64,000 nucleotides of DNA, from contig CM097885.1 in assembly GCA_044892525.1 (NCBI GenBank), forward strand, positions 11,720,001 to 11,784,000, written 5' to 3'. A model generated the notes under the pieces. That model was not told where the DNA came from and made no database searches. It saw only the letters and a program-made list of their open reading frames with translations. A program made the position numbers and the translations under genes. The DNA is from Schmidtea polychroa (taxonomy: Eukaryota). Shown here one piece after another: positions 36,066 to 48,878 of the stretch (positions are counted from its first letter, which is position 1; every line of letters starts with the position of its first letter).

Positions 36066-36984
36066 TGTTGAGGATACCTAAATAAACAATTTATAAATAA
36101 ATAAATAAAATTACCTGGGGGAACATCGTCATGACAAACGGGACGATCTATGGGAACTCAGAAAAGAAAATGGAAGTAAAAAGAAATTAAAAATGAGAAA
36201 GACAAAGGAAATAAAAGGAATCAAACATGAGAATAAAAGACAAGGTCAGTACTAATTAATTAGTATAAAAAGGAAAAGGAATTTGGAAATCAGGAAAAAA
36301 TGGAAAACAACAATATTATTATCTTGACAGCCTGCCAGTGATAACGTAATTGCTGGGAGAAGGCGGTCAAACAAAAAAGGAAAAATATCTCGACATCTGT
36401 CAGAGATAAGGTTGACATAGCGGGGAACGCAGAAGAAAATGGAAATAGGAAAACAAAATCTGTCGCCAATGCCAAAATAACTATATAAAGGAAAACTGGT
36501 AGACGAGAAATCAGAACAAAGGTAGAACGAAAATAGAACAAAATTGAGAACAAAACAGTACGAAATTAGAAACAAAAAGTAGGACAAAATTAGAGACGAA
36601 AAGAGTTAAAAAGGAGAATCAAAACAGAGTGAAACGAGAAGTGACAAGAATCTTTTATAAAATTGAATATAAAGTAAAGGGGGAGTAAATAAATTGTGTG
36701 GTCAAAGCAAATCGATCAACGTATCCTGTAATTTGAGTAGTTGACGGCTAGTGATTATTGTTGTGATTACAGAAAGGGCTATTCTTCACGTAGTGTCGAA
36801 ATAAGCTCTGTGTGATAAATTGGTTTATAGTTAATTTGTTGTAATTGAAATTTGTACAATTCCGTGTGGATATTAATAAAGCTTATTGTGTTCGAGAGTG
36901 TTGAATTGTGAGTTAATAAACAAGTTTTGGAGTCAGAGTAAAAGTTTGAACATTTAAATTTATCACCAACTCAATAACCCAACA
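36066..36984 (+). mobile_element. Solo LTR
   Basis: TGTTG...CAACA termini, 4-bp TSD CATC on both sides, TATA-like and AATAAA signals inside. Confidence 0.85.
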
Positions 36985-37399
36985 CATCGAAAATTAACTA
37001 AATAGTACTTTGCTGGAATCATGTGCCATTTATTAGAACATTGTAATACATTTCCTCTCTACTGAATATTAAAGATTATTGGCTCAATTAAATACTTAAC
37101 CTCTCTTTATTCTCAAAAGATCTGCAATAAAGTATTCTATTTTACTTAAAATTTTTCTTAAACAGCCCTTCACATTGAAATTTCATCAATTAATTTCTTT
37201 GATCTCTACTTTAATACTCACTAATTTTAAAAGTTTTCTTTGAATTTTAAACTTCCTAAAGAGATGTCTCGATTCAACGTTTTGTGCTCAATATAACTTT
37301 TTAACTTGATCTTGAGGTATATGACTCATCGTCCTACGTGGCGTATTCGTATCAAATTTCAACACATTAAAAAAGTCGTTGATGTCTATTCCAGTACTT

Positions 37400-37860
37400 G
37401 AATTTTCATATTTACAGAAAACTTTATTTTAAATACCGATGCTAGTTTTGATACGTTTGGTAGAGTATTATCAGAGTTTGATTTTAACTGTAAACTGAAT
37501 TTGGAAATTTGGTACCATAAAACATTCAAGTCTCAGCTTCTTAGAATTATTGAAAACTCACATATTACAATAATGTATTCAAGTCCATGTTAAAATGATT
37601 TAGAACGATGCAGTTTAGAACTACAGGGACTATTATGTTGAAAGTCATTATAAAGATTGAGCAAAGATTTTGATTGAAACAATCGAAGAGAAATTGTTGA
37701 GGAAATTTAAAATAAAAAGGACAGAGAAATGGGTGTAATTACACAAAATTATATGAATTTGGAATTTGGAGACAAGGTATTATTTAAAATAGAGGCTACT
37801 AGAAAGATTGATGAACCTTACGAAGGGTCTTATAAAATTACTGAAAAAAGGGCAAGAAAG
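37400..37860 (+). pseudogene. Degenerate Gypsy pol fragments
   Basis: FILNTDAS (RNase H) at ~37423 and FGDKVL...K....YEGSYKI (GPY/F region) at ~37765. Confidence 0.6.
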
Positions 37861-38285
37861 AACATATGTGCTAAAAAATAAAAAAGGTAATAAAATAGTT
37901 TGAAAGTTTTAAATGGACATGAATATAAGGTGATGTAATAATAATTTATAATAAACTGATTATACAACCAAGTCATTATGACCTTGATAATTGATGACTG
38001 ATGCGAGCATGTTTGTATGCAATGATGTGAAGTAAGTATGTATGTGATATGTATCAATGATATCGCTTTGACTAATAATACTCCTTTTCTATAATATGCT
38101 AATGGAAGTACTAGAAATGGTATTCCAATTACATGTTCCTGTTGGAATATCTTAAACAAATAATGTATAGCAGTGACTTTTTAACAATAATAATAAATAT
38201 TATTATTGCTAGGATAAAATAAATAAAAAATAAATAAAAAAATAATTTATTAATAATTAAATCTTTAACCACAGTATGGAATTAA

Positions 38286-38504
38286 CACTTGCCGGGCGAT
38301 TTTTTTTCATATTTTCGGTCAAAAAAAACTATTTTTAAATCATTAATTAATAGTATATAATCAAATTATAACGTAAATATTTTTTTTTAATTTTCCGAGT
38401 TTGTATTCACTAATTTTTCTATATGAGTTCTATATGATGTGAGCGCTCGCCCGAAAAGGTACACATTTTTTGCACTCATATTTGAGCGCGCGCCCGGCAA
38501 GTGG
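38286..38504. mobile_element. piggyBac-type MITE
   Basis: TIRs CACTTGCCGGGCG / CGCCCGGCAAGTG, flanked by TTAA on both sides. Confidence 0.75.
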
Positions 38505-39064
38505 TTAATATTAAATGTTTAATTTGAAAAGTTTTTTTGTTTGTATTTTTATTTAAAATCGGCAAATTTGTATACAAATATATTATAGTGCTCAGTAATT
38601 CTGAGTCAGAATAACAGAAGTTTATAATTAATATATAATGTATTAATTTCTTTTTCTGTCTGTCTTAAAAAGTATATAATATTAAGGTTGGAAAACTAAC
38701 AGATGAATCAGTTAAACTATTAAGAGATTTTTTTTATTTCAATCAAAACATAATTTTCTTTCTGAAAATAATAAAACAAGTGTATAATTAAAAATAATTA
38801 AATTTAGCTTTTTCAAGTTTATATTTACAAATTTAAAACTTTTTACATTGAAAATTATTTATATTTTTTCCCAAATGTTAATTTTTATTCATATGAAATT
38901 GTTTATTCAAGTGACAAAATTCAAGAATAATGTTATAAAAACAATTAAATATTATGTAATATTTGTTTATTCCCAATATGGGAGTAAACAATATACAAAC
39001 ATTTCAATTCATAATACAATATAAATTCATTCTCGAATATAATTAATTTCAATTATTTCAAATA

Positions 39065-39390
39065 ATGAATATTAAATTAGGAATTTGTTTGCTGCTAGTC
39101 TTTTTTAGTTGTTACTTATCCGAAGACACTGAAAAGAATAGAAAGGACAGGTAAAAGACTTATTTTCTTTTTTTAATTTATTTTTTTCCAGAATTGAAAA
39201 TATAGATTGGATACTGAACAATTCGAAGTGTATGGAAAGTGAAAAAAATTTAAAATTATGCTTGGAAATATTTTTAAATCCTTTGCGGCCAGGTAAAAAC
39301 AAAATATTATCATTTTACAGCTAATAATAATATAATATTTCAGAAAAAATGAAACGACATCTAATTGGAAAAAGACATTTCATCGGATGA
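39065..39390 (+). CDS. Host neuropeptide prohormone-like gene, three exons (39065-39150, 39192-39292, 39344-39390)
   Basis: Spliced 77 aa: signal peptide MNIKLGICLLLVFFSCYLS ... KR-HLIG-KR-HFIG*; TATAAA ~39020, AATAAA ~39416. Confidence 0.8.
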
Positions 39391-39792
39391 ATATGAATAC
39401 ATTTTCTTTATTATGAATAAATTTTCTTTATGTTAAAAATCCCTTTTTTTCTCTTTTTATTATTGGTAGTGTATTTATGTGATTACTCTATATTATTGTC
39501 TATATGTTAAAAGAAATTAGTTAAGTCCAGCCAAGTCACCGGTAAAAATCTGTTTCGGGATGGTTTTTATTGTAATGCGAGTATTGAATGTGAATATTAT
39601 AGAGAATTTGTGTATATAGATGTAAAAATAACGATTTTAATAATAGTATAATTAGCAACAACCGTTTATAGCAATAAAACCTTTTATTAAAAACTCAAAT
39701 TAAAATTTTTCTTATTAAAATTACATATTCCATAAAGTTCTTGTGGAAATAATTACATTTGGGAATTATAGTCTTTTGATATTACAAAACTT

Positions 39793-40020
<228 letters not shown>

Positions 40021-41169
40021 AATTGATGGATAGAAATTGGAGTCGGCTAGATTACTGATATTATATATGAACCAACATAATAATTACGGTGGATTTTATT
40101 ATTATTAGAGAATTTTTATATTTATTTCGAATGATTTAAAACATTTGAATTAGGTAAAAAATATTAAAATGTATATTTTTCATACACATTTTCTAGTATT
40201 TCATTTCGTTTTGTTTATTCTCAAAGTCAAAGTAATTTTATTTAATTTTTGGTGGAAAACGAATTTCTAAAGTAACAGGGGGAAAATTGCAGAAAGCGAA
40301 ATAACAAAAACAATGAATTTCTATGGAAAAATAGGGATAACCCTGATAAAGGCGGAAGAAATGCAAATCTCTAATGACAGATGAGGTTGATATATTTTTT
40401 AAAGTTACAACAGGGGGAAATTGTAAAGAAACTTATATAAGATTGTGATGTAGAGGTTTGAATTAAATTATTTAAAATCAGTTAATATTTTTTAATTGGA
40501 AAAATGAGTGTTTTTCAAAATTATTTAATAAAGTATAAAAAGGATTTTTGAAAATTTAAAACTTTGAAGAGGTTTCATAGAAAAAATTATTAAGATATTA
40601 TTTTAAAATATTAAATTTTTTACAGATTAAAAGTATATTTCAAAATATTATAGTGTCAAACATATATCACAAACTGTTGTAGAACTTAAAAATGTTTTTA
40701 TTTAATAAGTTAAATATAAATAAAATTATTTTTTCTAATTAATGATATAACATGCATGTTTGATATAAAAAAAATTCTTGCTAGAATATTTCACAAGGAA
40801 ATAATATTTTTATTAAATTTTTTTTAAAAGTGTTTTTAAATGTTTTTAATTTTTTAACTTTAAATTTTCTACCAAGAAAAATAACTTAAATAATTTATAT
40901 TAATTTATATTAAGATTGCGACGTTTAAACATCCGTTTGGCTATATATTTTGACAGTCATCATTAGATAGGATAAGAAAAATTATAGAAATTTTAGATTA
41001 AATAAAATAAATTACACAATATTTATTATCTTTAAATTTTTAAATTTAATTTAAATAATTGATTAATCAAATATTTTCAAAGGTATATTTAAAAAATTTT
41101 AAATATTTTAATGACACAAAATAATTTTAATAATTTAACGTCTAAGCAATTGAAAAACATTCAAAGCAC

Positions 41170-41450
41170 AAGTGTTCACAGCATTTTGCAAATTAATTTT
41201 TGGATCCAATGATTTCATCATCAGAGCTTTATCTAGTCACACTTTTCACACGTTCTTAATAATTATTAAAAAGTTTTAATAGAATATGAAAACAAGATAT
41301 ACCAATTTTATTCTTGCAGGTCTTATTATATTCACTAATATTGGTTAATCCTTTCAGTCGATAATTTTCAAGAATTTGAATATAGAGATGACGGGAAGTC
41401 TCTCCAATGTATGTTGCGTTGCACCCATTACGTGTAAATTGATAAGGAGA
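41170..41450 (-). pseudogene. Penelope-like GIY-YIG endonuclease fragment
   Basis: YQFTRNGCNATYIGETSRHL...E and AL......PKIN. Confidence 0.7.
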
Positions 41451-41989
41451 TCAAATACAGTCCCTCGTGAGTTTTAAACTTATTAATAAGCATGAATTTG
41501 CATGAATAAGAGAATTTTATAATTTATAATTCCTCTTATAATCTGTAAATTCTTCCCAGTAAGGTAGTACCAACACAAATTTACCTTACCTTCCGATTTG
41601 CATACACTGTAGAGAAATACAAATAATTCGAATAAAGATTTATTCAAAAGGACATTGAAATAAATAATTGATATATCAGCTCCAGTAGTCAATGTACCAA
41701 CGAAAGCACGGACACTTGATCTGGCGATTGTACGTAGATTGTTGATGCTCTTGACTATCATCGAGAGATCATAGCTAAGAAAACGATGGCTTCAGTTTCT
41801 TGAATTACAGGCATATTTTCTTTATTGGTTCTGACGAGATTTAATGATTGGGAAGTTGAACAATTCATTATTTGTTTTTTATATTGAATTTGATTTTGGG
41901 AAAAAAGTGAAAATTATTCAAAAATTGAATTTAATTTTAATTTGATTAATTTAATAATATATTTTAAGTTCAATTATTAAATTGATAGA

Positions 41990-42270
41990 ATTGGGAGTCA
42001 GAGGCACTACAATAGCCCCCGTCGAAGTACGTGGAGTGTATCAAAAGATAAAGACGACGATAATGGTGGAAGCAGTCACTGAAGATCATAATCCGAGAGG
42101 TATTGAGGGAATTTACGTGTAATGCGAAACGGACCTTTGAATCTAGGTTTGAGGTTTGAAGAGTCGATAGTTCTCATCCATGCGTGAGTTGCTGAGGAAA
42201 GGGACTGTGGTATATATGGTTTGTACGACATGGAATATGTGAACGATGGATTAGTATCTAAGCTCAAAAG
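41990..42270 (-). pseudogene. Gypsy 3' end fragment
   Basis: LKPRFKGPFRI motif followed by a GGGGG tract and a TGTAGT LTR-like start. Confidence 0.55.
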
Positions 42271-42541
42271 ATTTTAATTTAACCCAAACATTCTCAAACG
42301 CGAAACCGTAGGATATTTAATAAATTTTTGGTTAATACATAGTAAGTTGTGAGCCCGCAAGACCAAAGCCATTTTTTCAATCAAATCTTTAACATAGAAG
42401 AAATAATCACATAAATTTCAAAGTAAAGACTTTTATTTTCTACAAAGTTGTCGGATTATATTTTTAAATTTGTGCAAGTGACGTACGTAAAGACGCAGAA
42501 AAAATTACATATTTTCCTGATCAAAATATGACCTATATAAA

Positions 42542-43259
42542 TGTTGAGGTCCGTAAATTAAAATAAAATTTAAATGAAATTTAGGTTAATAATTTTAAAA
42601 AAAAGTAAGTGAAGAAAAAAGACAAATAAAAGCGGGATCATGCACAGAATCAATAGTAAAGGAAAGTGTGGTGGAAGCAGTATTAGAAAATGCCAAAAGC
42701 AATTACGAAAGGCAAGAATCCGGAAATCCGAGAAAAATCAATAAATGGTAAAATCATCGAAATCGAATGGGGAAAACGGGACAGGTATAGATTAGCTAAT
42801 GGTCAACAAGATGATGATTAAGGATTTATCAGAAAATGGTTAGGAAGGGTCGAAAAGCATTCAAATGTATGAAAACAGAAAACGTTAATTAATTAATTAA
42901 TTGGCTAATGGAAAACCCGAGCTAATGGGAAACCCGAGCCAATGGAGAACCCGAGAGATGAAGGAAACCCGAGCTGGGTAAACAAGAAGAAAAGCCAACA
43001 GAAGGAAGATTTGGGCCCATTACCTTGACACAATGACTAATTGGAAAAGAGCAAGGAGGAGATAGCGCGTGTAGGAAGACCAGAAGGGTCATTAATTATC
43101 TGGATTCGTTGGACCATTATAAGTGACAGCTGAAGCAGATACGTGGAAGCAAATGTCAAGTGAAAGATTAGCTCGGCAATAACCATTTGTCATCCCGATT
43201 TCGAGGAGTATATAAGGAAAGGGAAAATCAGAAAAAATCGGCATTTTGCCTTAGCTAAG
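42542..43259 (+). mobile_element. 5' part of an LTR interrupted by element 3
   Basis: Starts TGTTGAGG like 36066; similarity to the LTR at ~850-875 stops at GCTAAG 43259. Confidence 0.7.
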
Positions 43260-43727
43260 AGTAGGGTATTGTGTGGAGTCGGGAACAAAGACATATGACG
43301 TCATCGATGACGTCACAAAGACATATGAGTCATACCCCGGGGAGGGGTTTTTTAACAAAGACCATGACTCATCGTGATGACTCATCGTGGTGACTCGTCG
43401 TGGTGACTCGTCGTGGTGACTCATCAAGGTCATATTATTATTTTTAAAAGATATTATTATTTTATTTTTAAATTTTTTCAAAGTTCCCGCCAACGAAAAT
43501 TATTCATCGATAGCTCATTTTAAAGCTCAATCCAAGACCTTTCGAATGAGCTATTGAAGGTATCATCATCATTAATATTGACAAAGTTATTATCGTTTTC
43601 CCGAGACCATTTTCAATGTCATATAATTATTATTAATCTATATACTCCGAGTCTATCCGACAAAATATTCTGTCCCTCTATGGGTACTGTTCGTAAGGGT
43701 ACTGGTCACGCTCAACAACTCGCAATG

Positions 43728-43759
<32 letters not shown>

Positions 43760-43770
43760 GTTGTTGTTGA

Positions 43771-43813
<43 letters not shown>

Positions 43814-43997
43814 GTTGTTGTTGATATTATTATTATTATTATTATTATTATTAGTTTTAGCACACACTCATTATACCAATATGAATATAGTTTTCATGGT
43901 GTATCAAATCAAAACTCCTATTTTTATAGTCTATCAACCAATCAAAATCATATGGTAGTAATATAAATAAAGCAGTATATTTTAAATTAATTTAGAA

Positions 43998-44526
43998 ATG
44001 TCGCAACCAAATTTTAGTGAAAATGTTCTAAACGGAATTGTCACCGCGAATATAGTCGACAGCCTCAATTTCCTGATCAATCGAACTGAACAAATCATTG
44101 AAGGTGAACATATCGATTATCATCAAATGATGGAGATAGAATCCCTGGAAACCAAGAAGTTATACTTCAATAGAATATTTCAGTGTCTTTTCGATGAAGA
44201 CATGAAATGGACAAGGATAATTGTAGGATTCACCTACATGAAGATAATCATTGCAAAAGGTCAACATGACTCAGAACATTATTATCAGTGGTCTTTAGAA
44301 GTAAGATTTCTTTTATAATCTATATTTTATTAATATTCATTTCTAGATAATCAAGTCCAAGTTTACCCCATGGATAGAAGCCAATGGCGGATGGGGTGTA
44401 TTAAATAAACTGGCCTGCAATTTTAAAGAAACTGATGAAATCAAAAGAAAAATGAAAAACTATATAAAACTTACAACTGGAGTTGTTATAATGTATATTT
44501 TCTGTAGATATATGAATAAAAATTAA
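43998..44526 (+). CDS. Bcl-2-like protein, two exons (intron 44301-44346)
   Basis: BH1-like LFDEDMKWTRIIVGFTY, BH2 PWIEANGGW, C-terminal hydrophobic anchor; 160 aa spliced. Confidence 0.85.
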
Positions 44527-44571
44527 TGTTATTGTTTTTTAATAGTATATTTAAATGAAAATAATTAAATT

Positions 44572-44906
44572 TTAAAATTTATTAACACATTCGCAATCGT
44601 CATCTCCACATTTCATTATATTTTCAACGACATGATCAATACAATCATTCGTAATATTATCTTTAGGTTCCTCTATAGGTTCATAGATTTCTTCATCAAT
44701 TTCTTGAGTTTCTTCATGATCGTCAAATCCTGAATCTTGACTTTCAACTATCCAGCCGATATTTAAGGCATTTGTAACAGATAATATGTCCTCAATTTTT
44801 ACACCAGCTATTTCTGCTAATTTTTCCAACAAAAAGTTGATTAATAATTCTAAATAATAAATAATTCGGTATTTAATTAATCATGTTAACCTTTTTCTGC
44901 AGTCAT
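44572..44906 (-). CDS. Acidic Cys-tail protein, two exons
   Basis: MTAEKE|LLINFLLEKLAEIAG; homologue of 31559-31917. Confidence 0.7.
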
Positions 44907-45039
44907 TTTCATCACTTTAAAACTATATTATAAGTTTGTTTATAGATTGTCTTTGTTAAATTTGCATGTCATTTGCATTAATGTTGCAATTAATAAAGAG
45001 AAAAAACAAATATGACTAATACATTTATTAAATATAACA

Positions 45040-45459
45040 TTAAAATAGTTGTGAAAGTCTAGCAGACATAATTTTCCAAATTGGAGAATACACATCATTA
45101 TTATCAACTTTATATCCTTGGATTGCAATTGTTATATACCAATTTTCGTTTTCTTTGAAACCGATTTCATCAAAGGAATCATAAAATCTTGCATATCTGT
45201 TGTTGAACCAGGCATGTTGATTACAAGATAGATTCGTATTCAACCGTTTGAAAACCTCATCAATAGATTTAATATCTGTCATTGAAAGCGTGCCGGATAA
45301 GAATTGAAATTTAGTTGGAATTAGCTTGATCGGTGACGCCAATTTCATATTGATTTCTTCTTTTAAAAAATACATTTTATAGTTGTGGAACATTTGAACA
45401 GGTTGTACAAGTTCTGGAACAACTTTTGGCTTTTCAGTGCTTGAAATTTTCTTTGTCAT
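45040..45459 (-). CDS. Hypothetical protein
   Basis: Homologue of 31043-31462. Confidence 0.75.
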   Translation of the reverse strand: MTKKISSTEKPKVVPELVQPVQMFHNYKMYFLKEEINMKLASPIKLIPTKFQFLSGTLSMTDIKSIDEVFKRLNTNLSCNQHAWFNNRYARFYDSFDEIGFKENENWYITIAIQGYKVDNNDVYSPIWKIMSARLSQLF

Positions 45460-45731
45460 CGTGAATTATGATTAAAATGAAATGGTACGGGGTTTTTATA
45501 CCTATGACTATTGTTTATCAACCAATCAGATTGCTGTATGTCTTTGTTTAAATTTGCATGTCTTTGTTTAAATTGCATGTCATTTGCATTAATGTTGCAT
45601 TAATGTTTTTATTATAAATATTGTTTTTTATTATTATTTCTAATATTATTATTATTATTACTTATATTATTACTATTATTTCTATTTCTATTATTTCGAT
45701 TTACAAAAACAAAACAATTCAACATAAAAAT

Positions 45732-46142
45732 TTATTTTGATACAATCTGACTCGAGTGGTGATTTCTCAGAGTCTTCACCAAACACCATTCAACATATTG
45801 TTGATAACGGAAATTGCAACAGCTACATCCGAAAATGCAAGGAGCCTCTGGTTTCATTTCTTTCATCCCCTTCCTATCTTGATATCCCATAGAAAGGTGT
45901 TTATTATATCGAATATCCAGATTCGTGTTTGGTTGTATACCAAATCCGGAATGATAGCTGGATCTCTATCTTGTAGAATTTCATTTAATTCTGGATAATA
46001 GAAGCATAATCTTTGCAGGATAATTGATTGATACTGATCTGTAAAAATATATATATATTAATGTAATAATAAAAAATTTGAAATTACCATAATTTGCATG
46101 CTCTTTCATTGAGGTGATTGCGGAACTTTGTATGTTGTACAT
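45732..46142 (-). pseudogene. Spliced accessory gene, probably frameshifted (intron 46039-46087)
   Basis: MYNIQSSAITSMKEHANY|DQYQSIILQRLCFYYPEL...; a Cys-rich tail PCIFGCSCCNF follows in another frame; absent from element 2. Confidence 0.45.
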
Positions 46143-46263
46143 TTTTGTTGAATAAATGACAACTAAACCGAAAACATTTTGTTATAAATAATCATCAGCC
46201 AATTAGATTTCGACCAATCAGAATCATGCATTTCAATTGCATTGAATTTGCAATGATAAATAA

Positions 46264-46728
46264 TTAATTAAGTGATAATAAAAAATCTAAAAATTCATTT
46301 CCTTCAATTATTGATTTAATTTCAGATATGATATTATCAACTATACATTTGTAATCAATATTTTTTATTCCAAGAATTACTATCTTACCGCTAGCGAATA
46401 TATTTACACACATAGGGTTATATTTTATATATCTCAAAGCTGGAAATAATTCTGGTTCGTAAACACATGGTATTAATTTAGCCAATTCATTTAAATTACA
46501 AGAAAAACCTATATCGGAAGTTACGGTTATCGATTGTATTTCTAAATCATAAAGATTATATTCACTAGCTTTGATTATTTCCTTACACCCCATAATTCTA
46601 CATTTGCCTGTTTTGAAATATATTATTGGATATTTTTTACTTCTATTGATGAGTTGTTGTGGTTTCCCCATTGGAAATACCATTTTTGATACATCAGCTT
46701 TTGCCCTGTAATTTATATTTGAAAGCAT
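46264..46728 (-). CDS. TBP-like protein
   Basis: Intact homologue of 30470-30934. Confidence 0.85.
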   Translation of the reverse strand: MLSNINYRAKADVSKMVFPMGKPQQLINRSKKYPIIYFKTGKCRIMGCKEIIKASEYNLYDLEIQSITVTSDIGFSCNLNELAKLIPCVYEPELFPALRYIKYNPMCVNIFASGKIVILGIKNIDYKCIVDNIISEIKSIIEGNEFLDFLLSLN

Positions 46729-46832
46729 TTTAATGAAATAATTATAAAAACTCTGCTATATATAGTTATTTTAAAAAGGAGTTCATTTAAATTATCAATA
46801 TAAACAATAATTATATAGTTTAAATTTAAAAA

Positions 46833-47470
46833 ATGGAATTACGAAATGATGCAGTATACCAAATCGTTGGTCCAAGTGGTAGCGGAAAAACATTATTTGT
46901 TTGTAAATTACTAAAATCAAATTTGTTCAAAACAAAATTCAACAATATTTATTGGCATAGGGCGCCGATGAAGAACGTGGATTGACACAATCAAGTTTCT
47001 GTCAATTGAAAAACATGAAAATAGTAAAGGGTTTTGATAAAAACTGGTCAAGTCGTTTGAAGAAAGATGATGTCATCATTATCGATGATTTGTATCAAGA
47101 AGCCAATAAAGAAAAGGATTTTAATAATTTATTCACAAAAATCAGCAGACATGTTGGTGTAACAGTTATTTTCATAACACAAAATCTATTTCATCAAGGT
47201 GGTGCACATCGAACACGTAATTTAAATGTACAATATCTAGTTATTTTCAAAAATCCTAGAGATGCAACTGTCATTGATTTTCTTGGACGACAAGCATACC
47301 CTAATAACCGTAATTTTCTTATCAATGCATTTCAAGATGCTACAAAAATACCTCATGGGTATATATTTCTCGATTTCACACAACAATGTCCTGATGATAT
47401 ACGGGTAAAAACAGATATTTTCAACCCAAAAGGTGCCATGGTTTATAAACAAAGTTCAAAACAAATTTGA
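46833..47470 (+). pseudogene. Packaging ATPase, 1-nt deletion near 46960
   Basis: GPSGSGKT; AGGGCG versus AGGGGCG in element 2. Confidence 0.9.
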
Positions 47471-47483
47471 AAACACATAAATC

Positions 47484-47978
47484 ATGTTTTCAAAAACAAG
47501 GATATCGAGTAAAAAACAACCAAAAGTTCCACCAACAACTAGTTATACTCCATCTAAAGAACTTATTACAGAAAATTTTCCTGCAATGAATCTTATTTCG
47601 AAAAATCCTAAACCTAAACCTAAACCTAAAACCACTAAGAAAGTAAAAGTTGTTAAAAATCATCGGAGTTTCCCGTTTTTCAATACATTGTTAAAGGCAC
47701 CCAGTATGAAAAGAAACAGTATTTTACAATCTTTTCCAAATTATGTTGTCGATGATTTACTCGATATTATACTTAAAGTAGTCAAAGGCAAGATTAAAAT
47801 CAGTAAATCTAAAAAGCAATTATTGAGTAAACATAGGAAACCTTTGCTATCATTAGTAAATAACAAAAATCGTCAACAAATGAGAAAAATTATATATAAA
47901 CAACAAAGGGGATTTATCGGTGCATTGATACCTTTAGCAATATCATTATTAGGTGGAATAATAGGAAGTCGATCATAA
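47484..47978 (+). CDS. Basic core/membrane-active protein
   Basis: Homologue of 29224-29712. Confidence 0.75.
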   Translation: MFSKTRISSKKQPKVPPTTSYTPSKELITENFPAMNLISKNPKPKPKPKTTKKVKVVKNHRSFPFFNTLLKAPSMKRNSILQSFPNYVVDDLLDIILKVVKGKIKISKSKKQLLSKHRKPLLSLVNNKNRQQMRKIIYKQQRGFIGALIPLAISLLGGIIGSRS

Positions 47979-48039
47979 ACAATGGGTGCTAATCCTTCAT
48001 TACCAGACATTAAATTTAATTTTAAATCTTCTTGTTGTA

Positions 48040-48204
48040 ATGGAGAAGAATTGGACGAACCCAGAAGACGAAGCCGGTTTCGGTGGAGTGGCAAAATTAA
48101 ACAAAAGAGTTCCGAATTCGAAAAAGGAAACCCAGAAGTGGTTATCAGACCAGCTTGCGTAATATCAGTAATCTAGCCGACTCCAATTTCTATCCATCAA
48201 TTTA

Positions 48205-48251
<47 letters not shown>

Positions 48252-48878
48252 GGTAAAGAATTCTACAACAGTAAAGTCAAGCAAATCCTCAATAAATTGA
48301 AAATAAACCATTACTCGGTACATTCTCAATACAAAGCTGCTCATGTTGAAAGATTTAACAGAACATTGAGAGATAGATTAAAGAAATTGTTCGTGCATCA
48401 AGGTAATAAAAAATGGGTAAATGCTTTAATGAAAATAATAAAAAGTTATAATCATTCATCACATCGAGGACTGGATGGATTGAGACCGGTTGATATTACA
48501 TCAAAAACAACCTATTCTAAGAAATCTGTAAAAATTGCAAAACCTAAATATAAAGTCGGTGACCATGTTAGAATTAGTAAAATTAGTGCATCACCATTTA
48601 TTAAAAATTTCGATACAAATTGGAGTGATGAAGTCTTTGTAATTTCAAAATTAAATACTAGCCAGAGTCCTGTAATGTATGTCATCAAAGACAATGATAA
48701 TAATATTGTACAAGGGAAATTTTATGAGCAAGAATTACAAGTTATTCCTCCTCCAAAAGTATTTAGAATTCAAAAAATATTGAAAACTAAAAATAAAGGC
48801 AAGGATAAACAATACTATGTCAAATGGCATGGTTATCAAAACCCATCATGGATATCAGAAAAGGATCTAGTAAAGTGA
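48040..48878 (+). pseudogene. Integrase with internal deletion
   Basis: 5' region breaks at ~48160; the first catalytic region is lost; resumes at the intron acceptor ~48252 (GKEFYN). Confidence 0.9.

Noticed and set aside
41483..41761. ORF with TTGADISII resembling a retropepsin DTGA motif
   Set aside because: The catalytic Asp is absent and support is a single motif; at most a decayed retroelement scrap
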